Shown: positions 18,099 through 28,401, numbered from the stretch's first letter. The stretch: DNA of 64,000 nt from Patescibacteria group bacterium (GCA_019744845.1 JAIETW010000001.1:80299-144298); one strand, 5' to 3'. The notes: generated by a model from the sequence alone, not told the origin. Translations and numbers: made by a program.

Positions 18099-18869
18099 TC
18101 ATGTGAAATATTTCACTGCGTTTTGGAAGACCTGTATACCTTCCGCATGTTTCGGCACCCTCTTCCCCTCTCGCTCATACTTTTCACGAAGGTAGGTCCA
18201 GTGCGGAAGCTGGGTAAAGAAACTTCCACGCTCAGGGTGTGGCATAAGACCAAGCACCCGTCCCTCGTATCCAGTGATTCCTGCAATATCCCTGAGTGCC
18301 CCATTTGGGTTTGCAGGAAGATCAAAACAGCTACTCATCTTCCCCTTCACATATTTGAGTGCGACCTGACCTTTAGACTCGAGAAGATCAAGCGCCTTCT
18401 CAGAGTCATAGTACTTACCCTCTCCGTGCCCTATTGGTACTGAGAGGGTTTTAATACCGTTAAGCCATGGACTCTCACCCACCACCTCAAGATCTACCCA
18501 GCGACAGGTAAAGCGCGCAGAATCGTTTGCAATAAGTGCGCCTGGAAGTATGCTTGCACTCGTCACGATCTGGAATCCGTTACAAATACCTGCCATAAGC
18601 GTATCGCGTGAGAGGAATTCTTGAAGTTCATCCTTCAAGTGATGGGACACGCGTGTGCCGTATGCTTTTCCAGAGCCTGCATCGTCTCCATAGGAGAATC
18701 CTCCTGGGAATACAGCAATCTGGTATTTCTTGAGCATCTTTGATGACGCAATGACATCCTCAAGGTGCACGATATCTGCGATTGCGCCTGATTCCTCAAA
18801 TGCGATCTTTGCCTCCTCTTCACAGTTGAGGCCGTATCCTGAAAAAATAAGTACGCGTGGTGTGGTCAT
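18099..18869 (-). CDS. purQ: FGAM synthase, glutamine amidotransferase subunit (PurQ)
   Basis: Class-I GATase catalytic GICNGFQ and HPER motifs. Length 256 aa. Confidence 0.85.
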   Translation of the reverse strand: MTTPRVLIFSGYGLNCEEEAKIAFEESGAIADIVHLEDVIASSKMLKKYQIAVFPGGFSYGDDAGSGKAYGTRVSHHLKDELQEFLSRDTLMAGICNGFQIVTSASILPGALIANDSARFTCRWVDLEVVGESPWLNGIKTLSVPIGHGEGKYYDSEKALDLLESKGQVALKYVKGKMSSCFDLPANPNGALRDIAGITGYEGRVLGLMPHPERGSFFTQLPHWTYLREKYEREGKRVPKHAEGIQVFQNAVKYFT

Positions 18870-21802
18870 ACCTCAAATTTCTTAAACGGCTTGGTATAGG
18901 CACGAGATAGCTCGCTGAGTGACCAGCTAAAGGATAAGTCGCCGACCGCCAAGGAGAGATTCTTCTCTTCAATGACTGTTCCGAGCTTCACGCGTGCAAG
19001 TCCTTTGGTTAGTTCTTCAAATTTCTTAGCTTTTGCCTTTGGCACGGTCACCAATATACGGCCCTGACTTTCTGAATAGAGTATTACGTGAGGAGCCTTC
19101 TTTGGAAGAGAGAGTGACATGCCTCGTCCTCCCGCGATACACATCTTGGCTGCAGCAACGGCAAGTCCACCGCGAGAAAGGCCAAGAGCCGCAGATACAA
19201 GACGTGCATCCACTGCTTTCTCAAGTGCACGGTAGGTTTTAAGATTCTCGGTAAGATCCACCTGAGGAACGTCTCCTGCTTCATGGAGACCAAGAAGACG
19301 AGCGTATTCACTTCCTCCAAACTCTTCTTCGGTGTCGCCAAGGAGATAGACCACGTCACCGGCATGATTCACATCCATGGTGACGGTTTTCTTTACATCT
19401 TTCATAACGCCAATTGCTGATACAAGAAGAGTTGGCATCGCAGAGATGTGAATTGGATTGCTCTTGTCATCATATCCACGGAAATCATTGAACATACTGT
19501 CCTTACCTGAGATATATGGCGTCCCATACGCAACCGCAGTGTCGTAACAGGCTTCTGCCGCACGACGAAGCTGATACAAACGCTTTGAATCAAGACTTGA
19601 AGACCAGCAGAAGTTATCAAGAATGGCGAGATGCGACAGCGACGCACCTGATGCAACCGCGTTACGCACTGCCGTATCAATAGATGCAGCCGCCATCGCA
19701 TAGGCATCATGCTCGCTGTAGGACGGTGCGTATCCATGAGAGAGCACAATTGCTTTGTTGCTGTCTGGAACTGGCTTGAGTACTGCGGCATCCGCATTCA
19801 CTCCTCCAGGACCCTGAAGTGGCTTAGTGACTGACGTTCCCTGCACCTCGTGATCGTACTGACGAGAGATAAAGGCATAGCTTCCAATATTCGGGCTCGC
19901 AAGAAGTGTCGGAAGCATGTGCTGCACATCTTTCGCAGGTACTGGAGCACGTTCTATCTTTTCTACCTCCTTGCTCTCCTGCTGACGCTTCGGGCGTCCA
20001 TCGTGTAGGAACTCAAGACCGATATCCATCACCTTCTTTGTGCCATAGGTGACCACGCAGGAGCCTGACTGAGTGAACTCACCAATCACCGTTGCTTCTA
20101 CCCCGTGCTTATCAAAGAGAGCCTTCATTTTCTTCCAACTCTTCTTAGGAACAGAAAGCGTCATACGCTCTTGGGACTCAGAGATCCAGATCTGCCATGG
20201 AGAAAGTCCTGGGTATTTGAGCGGCACCTTTGCAAGATCCACCACACATCCACCTGACTGTTCTGCCATTTCGCCCACACTTGAGGAAAGACCTCCTGCC
20301 CCATTGTCAGTAATACTGTTGTAGAGACCTGCGTCACGCACTTCACGAATAAGCGCATCTGAGAAACGCTTCTGAGTAATAGGGTCTCCAATCTGAACTG
20401 CCGTTGCAGGACTTCCGGATTTCAAATCTTCTGAAGAAAACGTGGCGCCATGAATACCATCAAGTCCCACACGCCCACCAATCATGACGATGTAATCTCC
20501 CGCTTTTGCCTTTTTGGTGTAAAGAGGACGCGCTCCTTTCTTTTTCGGCACAAGACCTACCGTACCGGCAAACACGAGCGGCTTTCCCCGATAGCTGTCA
20601 TCTGTGTATACAAATCCAAGCGGTGTCGGAATACCACTTTGGTTTCCTCCTGCGTTAATACCACGCACCACTCCTTCAAGAATCCTACGAGGAGGAAGGA
20701 GCTCTGCGGTCTTTTCCTTATTGCGATAGAGGGTACGCTTTTCATCGGGACGTCCTACACAAAAGCCGTAGAGGTTCGCAATAGGTTTTGCGCCAAGACC
20801 AAACCCAAGCGTGTCGCGGTTCACGCCGACGATACCAGTCATAGCACCTCCATAGGGATCAAGTGCAGAAGGAGAGTTATGCGTCTCCATCTTATGCGTC
20901 ACCACATACTTCTCATCGAACTCTATACCTCCAGAGTTGTCTTTAAATACGGAAACGCAGAAATCTTTCTTACCCTTAGCCTTGCGAATACGCTCGGTCG
21001 CGCCCTTAATGTAGCGACGATAGATACCTTCCGATATCTCATCAAGAGGATCATTGAAAATAGTGTGCTTGCAGTGCTCGGACCAGGTCTGTGCGATTGC
21101 CTCAAGTTCTACATCCGTCGGATTGCGACCGAGAGAGTCAAAATAGGCCCGAATCGCAACCAGCTCAGGAATAGAAAGTGCGAGTGGACCACGACGAACT
21201 CCATCACTTCCAAGAATGCCCTCCTTACCAATACGAACGAGCTCATCATCAGACACGTGAAGATCTACGATATCTGCCTTAGAGGATGCAGTAAGGGTAA
21301 CCTTTGGAACCCGTAGTGGTACATGGCCTCGCTTCCATGCCCATGCGGGAATAATCTTCGCTTCTTCAATAAGCGGGTTATGGAGCTCAAGCGACATTCG
21401 CTTCGCTTCCTCCTCGGTCACTGTCCCAGAAAGAAAGATAAATACAGAGGAATAGACCGCTTCTGAGGCCTTAAACTTCTTTCCAATGGCATCCTCTACC
21501 ATTTGGCGAACCGTATTTCCGACGTTGTCAGTCACTCCTGGTAAGAACCCGATCTCAAGCGCCATGCCAAATTCTTTTGGCGCAATGACCGAAACAAAAG
21601 AACTCCGTTCAATGACGGGGTTCGTGAGTGCAGAAGCTACTTTCTTCTGATCAAGCGCAGAAAGAGTTTTGTCTATCGTGTACGCGTTCGTGACAGACAC
21701 CTCGCGTATGCGCGCCTTAGGGAATCGCTCCGAGAGCATCTCCCGAATATGTGCAGCCCGTGCGCGGTCTGCGACGGACTCTACAGTGATGCGATGCGCC
21801 AT
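18866..21802 (-). CDS. purL: FGAM synthase PurL with about 230 aa of N-terminal extension (PurS-like/N-domain fused); no glutaminase domain
   Basis: The 978-aa product carries PurM-superfamily AIRS/AIRS_C repeats (e.g. GGRVGLDGIHGATFSS). It overlaps purQ by 4 nt. It is longer than 740-aa small PurL and shorter than 1300-aa large PurL. Confidence 0.8.
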   Translation of the reverse strand: MAHRITVESVADRARAAHIREMLSERFPKARIREVSVTNAYTIDKTLSALDQKKVASALTNPVIERSSFVSVIAPKEFGMALEIGFLPGVTDNVGNTVRQMVEDAIGKKFKASEAVYSSVFIFLSGTVTEEEAKRMSLELHNPLIEEAKIIPAWAWKRGHVPLRVPKVTLTASSKADIVDLHVSDDELVRIGKEGILGSDGVRRGPLALSIPELVAIRAYFDSLGRNPTDVELEAIAQTWSEHCKHTIFNDPLDEISEGIYRRYIKGATERIRKAKGKKDFCVSVFKDNSGGIEFDEKYVVTHKMETHNSPSALDPYGGAMTGIVGVNRDTLGFGLGAKPIANLYGFCVGRPDEKRTLYRNKEKTAELLPPRRILEGVVRGINAGGNQSGIPTPLGFVYTDDSYRGKPLVFAGTVGLVPKKKGARPLYTKKAKAGDYIVMIGGRVGLDGIHGATFSSEDLKSGSPATAVQIGDPITQKRFSDALIREVRDAGLYNSITDNGAGGLSSSVGEMAEQSGGCVVDLAKVPLKYPGLSPWQIWISESQERMTLSVPKKSWKKMKALFDKHGVEATVIGEFTQSGSCVVTYGTKKVMDIGLEFLHDGRPKRQQESKEVEKIERAPVPAKDVQHMLPTLLASPNIGSYAFISRQYDHEVQGTSVTKPLQGPGGVNADAAVLKPVPDSNKAIVLSHGYAPSYSEHDAYAMAAASIDTAVRNAVASGASLSHLAILDNFCWSSSLDSKRLYQLRRAAEACYDTAVAYGTPYISGKDSMFNDFRGYDDKSNPIHISAMPTLLVSAIGVMKDVKKTVTMDVNHAGDVVYLLGDTEEEFGGSEYARLLGLHEAGDVPQVDLTENLKTYRALEKAVDARLVSAALGLSRGGLAVAAAKMCIAGGRGMSLSLPKKAPHVILYSESQGRILVTVPKAKAKKFEELTKGLARVKLGTVIEEKNLSLAVGDLSFSWSLSELSRAYTKPFKKFEV

Positions 21803-21861
21803 GCGTATACCGCTATTGCTAAGCCTTACTATACCCCAAACGCTTCTCTATGAAAAGTCTT

Positions 21862-22860
21862 CTAATCCAGGTAAAGAGCCCTATTTCGCTTATGCTCTTC
21901 AAAGGTCCTGGCGTATCTCATTTCCCCATCCTGTCCCGTGAGGTAATAGAGGTACTCAGTCTCCGTAGGAGTAATCGCGGCCTCAATAGATTCAAGGCCG
22001 GGGTTTGCAATCGGACCAGGTGGGAGCCCCCGATAGAGGTACGTGTTGTACGGAGAATCAATTTCCAGGTCATCAAAAGAAGGGCTGTAGGTCGGACGGT
22101 CGTTTATGTATCCAAACACCGCATCTACCTGAAGTGGCATACCAATCTCTAGACGATGCCAGAGAATCCCGGCGATCATTTGTTTCTCTTCCAAATACCG
22201 TGCCTCACGTTCAAGGAGAGAAGCCATGGTGAGCACCTCACGAAGGGGACGGTCAAACGCTACCAATTCCTCCTCAAGCGATTCTGTTTTTCCAACAAAA
22301 TTGTTGTAGAGCCGCTCCAATATCTCATCGGGTTCTTCATCGGGAAGAAGAAGATACGTATCGGGGAAAAGATACCCTTCAAGCGCGCGAGCTTTTTGAT
22401 CAAACGCGACATGATCAAAGTTTTCTATCTTTTCTGCAAGCTGGTTCCCTATCTCTCGCGCAGTGGCCCCCTCCTCTATGCGTAGTCGAATCAGAGGAAT
22501 TCCGGAAACACCTCGCGCAAGACGGTCTGCAATGGTAATCAGACCGTACCGCTCGTTAAATGCATATGGGCCAGCCTGAACTGCGTTTTCTCTCCCTGTG
22601 AGGCGCATAAAAGCAATAAATGGGAGCTCATCACTAATAATGCGCTCGGCGGTCAGAAGTTCCGCCACATCTCGAAGCGTCATGCTCTCCTCAATGGTAA
22701 CGACTTTCTCTGTAGGAAAGCCTGCAGGTGGCAAAAAGAGAAAGTACCAGAGCACTGCCAGAGCAATGACGACCGCAAGTCCAAGCGGCATATACACCGG
22801 ACGCATGCGTGCACAGTGTAATTCAGTCGCTGCACACAGATACTCAATGAAAGAGCGCAT
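21862..22860 (-). CDS. mltG: Endolytic murein transglycosylase MltG (YceG-like)
   Basis: N-terminal TM helix and the YNTYLYRGLPPGPIANPG signature. Length 332 aa. Confidence 0.85.
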   Translation of the reverse strand: MRSFIEYLCAATELHCARMRPVYMPLGLAVVIALAVLWYFLFLPPAGFPTEKVVTIEESMTLRDVAELLTAERIISDELPFIAFMRLTGRENAVQAGPYAFNERYGLITIADRLARGVSGIPLIRLRIEEGATAREIGNQLAEKIENFDHVAFDQKARALEGYLFPDTYLLLPDEEPDEILERLYNNFVGKTESLEEELVAFDRPLREVLTMASLLEREARYLEEKQMIAGILWHRLEIGMPLQVDAVFGYINDRPTYSPSFDDLEIDSPYNTYLYRGLPPGPIANPGLESIEAAITPTETEYLYYLTGQDGEMRYARTFEEHKRNRALYLD

Positions 22861-22863
22861 AGA

Positions 22864-24219
22864 CTACACTGGCAAGTTGGTTGGTGGCTTCGCAGACGTG
22901 CTTTGAATCCGCTCAAGGCCGGGTGTTTGCACGTGCCTCGTTGGGATATGGAAAATAGTGGCAAGTTCCTCGGTGCTCATGACAAGCCATGGGCCCTTGT
23001 AGGGAGGATGAAAGTACGCGCGACGGCGGTAGAATTCCACCACCTCATGCATTTCCCGAGCCTGACGTTTGCCACCAATGTCTTCCCAAGGATAGTCGTT
23101 AAACTTCTCTGACCACAACGGCGCTGGGACAAGCCCATTAAACATCTCAGAGTTATAGACTTTCATAAGCTGCACGGCCATACCGGCCATCATGCCTACG
23201 TACTTGTCAGGACGTGCAAAGTAGATACTCCGAATGCCGACGTCGTAGGTAAGTTTACCCACGTTACGTTCAATGGCCTCCATCTGCATGAGCATACCGG
23301 GGCTTGCAATTGGGAACTGCGCATGACCTCCGTGCCCATACTCAATAGACTGTGCACGGAGCTTATCTATGAGCTGCTTAGCCTGTGTCTTTATGTCTGG
23401 CTTTCCTTGTTGCGTATCATGACGAGTCGCACGACACACAATCTGGAACCAGTAGTGTTCATCCTTTCCAAGTGCACCCAAGAGCTCAATCACGTTTGCA
23501 AAGGGATCTACAAAATGACCTTCCTTAAGATCATTCCGATCAAGGCCATACTGCACATAGGTCTTAATAGGATACGGAGAGGGCTTGGTGAACGTGTATT
23601 CACAGGCAAACATGCTCCAGTTTCCATGACTTGGGTTAATCAAACGGCTATAGTCCTCTGCCTCAATGATCTCAATATTTGGATACTGCGCATACAAGAA
23701 GCTCTCGGTTGCGCGGCGAATGCGCTCCCGGGTCCATACATAGAAACGAATCTTCCCTTCTGCAGAACAGACTTCAAAAGACCACCAGTCACGCGTACGG
23801 CCGAAGACATGACGCTTGTACCAGGTTCCCTGTCCCGCAGGGATGTGAAGTGAGTGGAAGAATGCCTCCATAGCGGCAGGGGTGCGGATGTTGTCATGAG
23901 GAATCCGAATCTCAAGCAGTACCCATTTATGCTCGGCACTCCAATCGGTACGACGCCATTTCACAAAGGAGAAAATAGCCCAGCGTACAATCAAAAACGT
24001 AAGCCATACCGGCGCTAAAAAGAACAGGAACTCAAAGTTGAGCATCGTCTGAATGGGCGCAATGGCGAAGAATCCAAAAATAAGGATCGCAAACGCCCAC
24101 ATGAGTCCCCATCCAGGGATGTACACGCCAGCTCCTTCGTTCGTTTGTTCAACGAAGTGCTCTATTGAATGAAGAAATGGAAGTTTTCCATCTCCACCAC
24201 CATGACCAGCGTCTGACAT
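22864..24219 (-). CDS. Hypothetical membrane protein. It has a Gly/His-rich N-terminus, about three TM helices and then a large soluble domain of about 340 aa.
   Basis: Predicted TM segments are WGLMWAFAILIFGFFAIAPI and FLFFLAPVWLTFLIVRWAIFSFV. No recognisable catalytic motif. Confidence 0.45.
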   Translation of the reverse strand: MSDAGHGGGDGKLPFLHSIEHFVEQTNEGAGVYIPGWGLMWAFAILIFGFFAIAPIQTMLNFEFLFFLAPVWLTFLIVRWAIFSFVKWRRTDWSAEHKWVLLEIRIPHDNIRTPAAMEAFFHSLHIPAGQGTWYKRHVFGRTRDWWSFEVCSAEGKIRFYVWTRERIRRATESFLYAQYPNIEIIEAEDYSRLINPSHGNWSMFACEYTFTKPSPYPIKTYVQYGLDRNDLKEGHFVDPFANVIELLGALGKDEHYWFQIVCRATRHDTQQGKPDIKTQAKQLIDKLRAQSIEYGHGGHAQFPIASPGMLMQMEAIERNVGKLTYDVGIRSIYFARPDKYVGMMAGMAVQLMKVYNSEMFNGLVPAPLWSEKFNDYPWEDIGGKRQAREMHEVVEFYRRRAYFHPPYKGPWLVMSTEELATIFHIPTRHVQTPGLERIQSTSAKPPTNLPV

Positions 24220-24271
24220 ACGGGAAGTATATCAAGAAAAACCGCCCTGTACGGACGGTGGGTGTGAAGTG

Positions 24272-25348
24272 TTAGGCGAGACCGTAGGTTCCGTCCTTCT
24301 GACGCTTGAAATATCGAGTGTCATTAAGGTTTACCAAGATCGTATTGTCCTTCACATAACGCTTTCGCTTCACTTCAGAGAGCACTTCATCGCGCGTCAG
24401 TGGTTTCTTCTTTAGAATATCGCGAATCACGTCGCGTACCACTCCAGGTGCAAAGCCCCACTCCGCAAGTGCGTAGAGTCCACGCCCCACAAGCACGAAG
24501 CGTGAGTCTTTCATAAGCTCATTATGAGTGGTTGCCACATGTGCCTTCTTTGAGAAGAGTTCAGTGATTGCGTTGGCGACGTCCTTAAAGTGCATGGGTG
24601 CATTCTCGCGCTTAATGACGAGATAGGCATAATCACGAATACCCTTGGTACGAACTGCGGGTGCGTGTGCACGACCCCATTCTGAAAGCGGGTTCTTATC
24701 AATGGTCTTTGAGAGAGACAACCAGCGCTTCAGCACCTCTTCGTTGTGGTATGCGGTGTTCACATCCTTAAGCTCTTCAATAAAGCGTGTGAAGAGTTCA
24801 GCTTCTGATACCACCTCCTCATCAGACAGAGTGGCATAGAGACGAGAGAGTGCCTGGTGCACCTTCTCCGCAGTTTTATGATCTACGTGCCAACGTGCAT
24901 AGAAATGATCGGTCTCACGTTCACGGAAAAAAGCACTTCCGACCACCAAAAGGAAGCGGAATGCGTTACGGGTCTTCTCATCTCCTGCAAGTTCATTCAG
25001 AAGATGGTCCTCGGGGACAATGGCACCGAGTGATTCTACGTATGAAGAAAGCTCGCTAAAGGATCCTTCTGCTTCCTTAAAGGCGCGAGAAGAACGGATC
25101 GCCTCAATACCAGAGGCCTCAATCTGACGCACGCGTTCACGAGTGATATTCCAGCGCTCACCAATGGATTCCAGTGTCTCACGAGTATTTTTGGTGCCAA
25201 GACCAAAACGAAGTGTAAGGACTTCGCGTCCGCGCTCAGAAATCCCAGCAAGAAGAGTCTTTGCAAGCGAAAGCGCGTCAAAGGAGAAGGACGCGGTAGC
25301 AGCCACTTTGGCGCGAGGTTTCTTAGGAGTTCGAGCTGTCTTAGCCAT
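24272..25348 (-). CDS. Sigma-70 region-4-like HTH protein with a C-terminal HARE-HTH-like domain
   Basis: REVLTLRFGLGTKNTRETLESIGERWNITRERVRQIEASGIEAIR is a sigma-70 region 4 / RpoD C-terminal HTH. The C-terminal HFKDVANAITEL...FVLVGRGLYALAEW resembles HARE-HTH. Confidence 0.5.
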   Translation of the reverse strand: MAKTARTPKKPRAKVAATASFSFDALSLAKTLLAGISERGREVLTLRFGLGTKNTRETLESIGERWNITRERVRQIEASGIEAIRSSRAFKEAEGSFSELSSYVESLGAIVPEDHLLNELAGDEKTRNAFRFLLVVGSAFFRERETDHFYARWHVDHKTAEKVHQALSRLYATLSDEEVVSEAELFTRFIEELKDVNTAYHNEEVLKRWLSLSKTIDKNPLSEWGRAHAPAVRTKGIRDYAYLVIKRENAPMHFKDVANAITELFSKKAHVATTHNELMKDSRFVLVGRGLYALAEWGFAPGVVRDVIRDILKKKPLTRDEVLSEVKRKRYVKDNTILVNLNDTRYFKRQKDGTYGLA

Positions 25349-25402
25349 AATTCGTGTTCTAATTTATACCACGAAGGTTGCAGGAGCGCAAGTTTTAGGC
25401 TC

Positions 25403-27811
25403 CTAGGCGACTAGGTTAAGAATCTTCCCGGGGACGTAAATGGTGCGAGAAGGGGCTTTACCATCGAGCGCGATCGCTACTGCCGCTATATCCTTCGCCG
25501 CACGAAAGGCCTCTTCCTCTGAGGCGTCCTTAGCGAGGGTTACCTCCCCTCTTTTCTTCCCATTTACCTGCACAATCACTGTTGCCGTCTCTTCCACAAG
25601 GAGATCTTGATCTGGAATCGGCCATCCTGCCTGATGTACGCTTCCTTCTCCATCATAAAGGTGTTCAGCAAGGTGCGGAGCAAATGGTGCAAGGAGGCGA
25701 AGGAACTCCTGGTACTGTGTTGGCGGAACTGACTCACAGGACTCAAGCGCTTTTAGCGCAGTCATGAGGGCAGAGATAGCGGTGTTGAATTTGAAGCGTT
25801 CCGTATCCTCTGCAACTTTCTGCATTACCTTCGCAAGCACCCGGAGTACCTCTTCCGGCATCGCGTCCCCTCCTATCTTCTCGGAAAGTGCATACACACG
25901 ATCAAGGAACCGTCGCATTGCCTGCACACCGTCTAGTTTCCATGGATAGTGCCCAGGCTCGTTGTAGGGCCCAATGAAGGCGAGGTACATACGAACGGCG
26001 TCAGCCCCATATTTCCCGACAAACTCATCAGGATTCACTACATTGCCTTTGGACTTCGACATCTTTGCGCCATCAGGACCAAGAATGATGCCCCTATTGA
26101 ATCGTTCATTAAAAGGTTCTGGAGTAGGCACGAGCGCAAGATCATAGAGCGCTTTATGGAAGAAGCGTGCGTAGAGAAGATGCATGGTGGTGTGCTCACT
26201 TCCCCCGGAGTAGCGATCTACCGGAAGCCATGCGTCCATGAGCGCACGATCTGAAAATATATTTTCATTCTTTGGATCTAGGTAACGGAGGTAGTACCAG
26301 GAAGAATCTACAAAGGTATCCAGCGTATCGTATTCAGGCGTCCATCCTTTACCGAAGATTCGCTCCACACGCTCATGCAGTTCTTTAGATGAGGCGAGTG
26401 GTGCCTTCCCTGTTGGATTGAAATCTACATCCTCAGGAAGAAGCCATGGAAGGTGTTCTTCGGGAATAAGATGCGCGTTCCCTTCCGGGTCATACACCAC
26501 TGGAATTGGACATCCCCAGTATCGCTGACGAGAGACAAGCCAATCACGTATGCGGAAGTTCGTGGTCTTCTCACCACCGACGGCTTCGGTAATTGTAGAC
26601 TTCGCCTCCTCATTATCTATTCCCGTAAAGGGTCCCGAGTTCACGAGTGCACCATTCTCGGTGTAACACTCTCCCTCCTTTCCTCCTTCTATGACGACGG
26701 TCATAGGAAGCTCATAGCGCTTTGCAAACTCAAAGTCGCGCTCATCATGTGCCGGCACTGCCATCACGGCACCCGTTCCATAGGAACCAAGTACATAGTC
26801 AGCAACAAAGACGGGGATTTCTTTCTTGGTCGCAGGATTAATGGCACGAATGCCCTTAAGCTCCACTCCCGTCTTCTCTTTGTTTTCCTGACGTTCACGC
26901 TCGGTCTTTTTAGATGCAGCATCTACGTATCGAAGGACTTCGTCCTTGTTCTCTACCGCATCGCTGTATTCCGTATCCCACACCGCCTTTGCCCAGGGGT
27001 GCTCAGGAGCAATCACGACATACGTAGCACCAAAGATGGTATCAGGTCGTGTCGTAAAGACGGTAATTTCGGCGCTCGTTTCTTCAGGATACTTGGTAAG
27101 TACCAGAGGGAATGAAAGTTTTGCGCCTTCACTCTTTCCAATCCATGCACGCTGCGCTTCCTTTATATCTTCACGCCATGGAAGGGGTTCAAGATCAGAG
27201 AGAAGACGATCTGCATATTCAGTAATCTTAAAGAACCACTGGGTGAGACGACGCTCTTCTACTTCAGTCCCACAACGCTCACAGGTACCATCTACCACCT
27301 GCTCATTCGCAAGTACTGTTGCGTCCTTCGGGCACCACTTCACTGGTGCTTCCTTTCGCTCTGCAAGGTTGTGTTCGTAGAGCTTCGTAAACAACCACTG
27401 GGTCCATTTGTAGTACTCAGGACTGCAAGTCACTACTTCCTTGCTCCAATCCACACTGGTACCGATACTCTTAATCTGTTCACGCATACGGTCCATGTTG
27501 GCGTAGGTCCACTCTTTGGGATCTTTCCCATGACGCATGGCAGCATTTTCCGCAGGAAGTCCAAACGCATCAAACCCTATCGGAAAGAGCACGTTCTTCC
27601 CCTTCATGCGAAGGAATCGTGCGTAGATGTCGGTAAGCGCATACGCATACCAGTGCCCGATATGGAGGTCTCCCGACGGATATGGGAACTCAAAGAGAAG
27701 ATAGTACGGATCCTTTGTGTTTGAGAGATTGGTCTCATGGAGACCAAGAGATTCCCAGCGCGCCTGCGCCTCTTTCTCTATAGATGCATGATCGAAGGAT
27801 GGTTTTGGCAT
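25403..27811 (-). CDS. leuS: Leucine--tRNA ligase
   Basis: Class I HIGH motif (GDLHIGHWY) and KMSKS (AKMSKSKGN). Length 802 aa. Confidence 0.92.
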   Translation of the reverse strand: MPKPSFDHASIEKEAQARWESLGLHETNLSNTKDPYYLLFEFPYPSGDLHIGHWYAYALTDIYARFLRMKGKNVLFPIGFDAFGLPAENAAMRHGKDPKEWTYANMDRMREQIKSIGTSVDWSKEVVTCSPEYYKWTQWLFTKLYEHNLAERKEAPVKWCPKDATVLANEQVVDGTCERCGTEVEERRLTQWFFKITEYADRLLSDLEPLPWREDIKEAQRAWIGKSEGAKLSFPLVLTKYPEETSAEITVFTTRPDTIFGATYVVIAPEHPWAKAVWDTEYSDAVENKDEVLRYVDAASKKTERERQENKEKTGVELKGIRAINPATKKEIPVFVADYVLGSYGTGAVMAVPAHDERDFEFAKRYELPMTVVIEGGKEGECYTENGALVNSGPFTGIDNEEAKSTITEAVGGEKTTNFRIRDWLVSRQRYWGCPIPVVYDPEGNAHLIPEEHLPWLLPEDVDFNPTGKAPLASSKELHERVERIFGKGWTPEYDTLDTFVDSSWYYLRYLDPKNENIFSDRALMDAWLPVDRYSGGSEHTTMHLLYARFFHKALYDLALVPTPEPFNERFNRGIILGPDGAKMSKSKGNVVNPDEFVGKYGADAVRMYLAFIGPYNEPGHYPWKLDGVQAMRRFLDRVYALSEKIGGDAMPEEVLRVLAKVMQKVAEDTERFKFNTAISALMTALKALESCESVPPTQYQEFLRLLAPFAPHLAEHLYDGEGSVHQAGWPIPDQDLLVEETATVIVQVNGKKRGEVTLAKDASEEEAFRAAKDIAAVAIALDGKAPSRTIYVPGKILNLVA

Positions 27812-27831
27812 ACCCGTGCGCCCGTTATTTG

Positions 27832-28365
27832 TTAATCCTTAAAGCGACGTACACCGATGTAGAGAAGCACACCGAGTGCAATGACTGACATTGCAAGGCG
27901 AAGGATGTTACCCGCCTGATCCCAGTAGCCGAAGGCAGCAAAGATAAGCGCGAGCACTCCTCCGTACGATAGACCCGTCGATACAATAGATGAGCCCATT
28001 GGAATTACCCCCGCAATTAAGGAAAGAATGCCAAGACCGATCATAAATACGAAGGCATACATTTGGTAGTCTTCCATTGCGTCCTCATAGAGCGGCTGAC
28101 ACTTCTGATAGAGGTCACAGTATCCTTCAGGGCTTGGCTTCACGACTGCAGTGACCTGTGCATTCTCTGGCGTTGGAACCCACACTCCATCCTGCTTCAC
28201 ACAAGCCTCCTCAGTTGCTGCCGGCTGCACGGTCGTTGGGCAGTATTCATCGTACACAGGCTCTGGAAGCACCATTGCACGAGCCGCAAAGAAGAAGAGG
28301 TTAACGGCAATGACGATACCGAGCATCACTGCCCAGCGCACAAACTTAGGATGTGTCGTATTCAT
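27832..28365 (-). CDS. Hypothetical membrane protein with a Cys-rich extracytoplasmic loop
   Basis: N-terminal TM helix, then four Cys (CPTT...C...C..C) and C-terminal TM helices. Length 177 aa. Confidence 0.4.
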   Translation of the reverse strand: MNTTHPKFVRWAVMLGIVIAVNLFFFAARAMVLPEPVYDEYCPTTVQPAATEEACVKQDGVWVPTPENAQVTAVVKPSPEGYCDLYQKCQPLYEDAMEDYQMYAFVFMIGLGILSLIAGVIPMGSSIVSTGLSYGGVLALIFAAFGYWDQAGNILRLAMSVIALGVLLYIGVRRFKD

Positions 28366-28401
28366 ACTAGAGAGAGTATCACAAAGCCACGAAGGCCTCT
28401 A

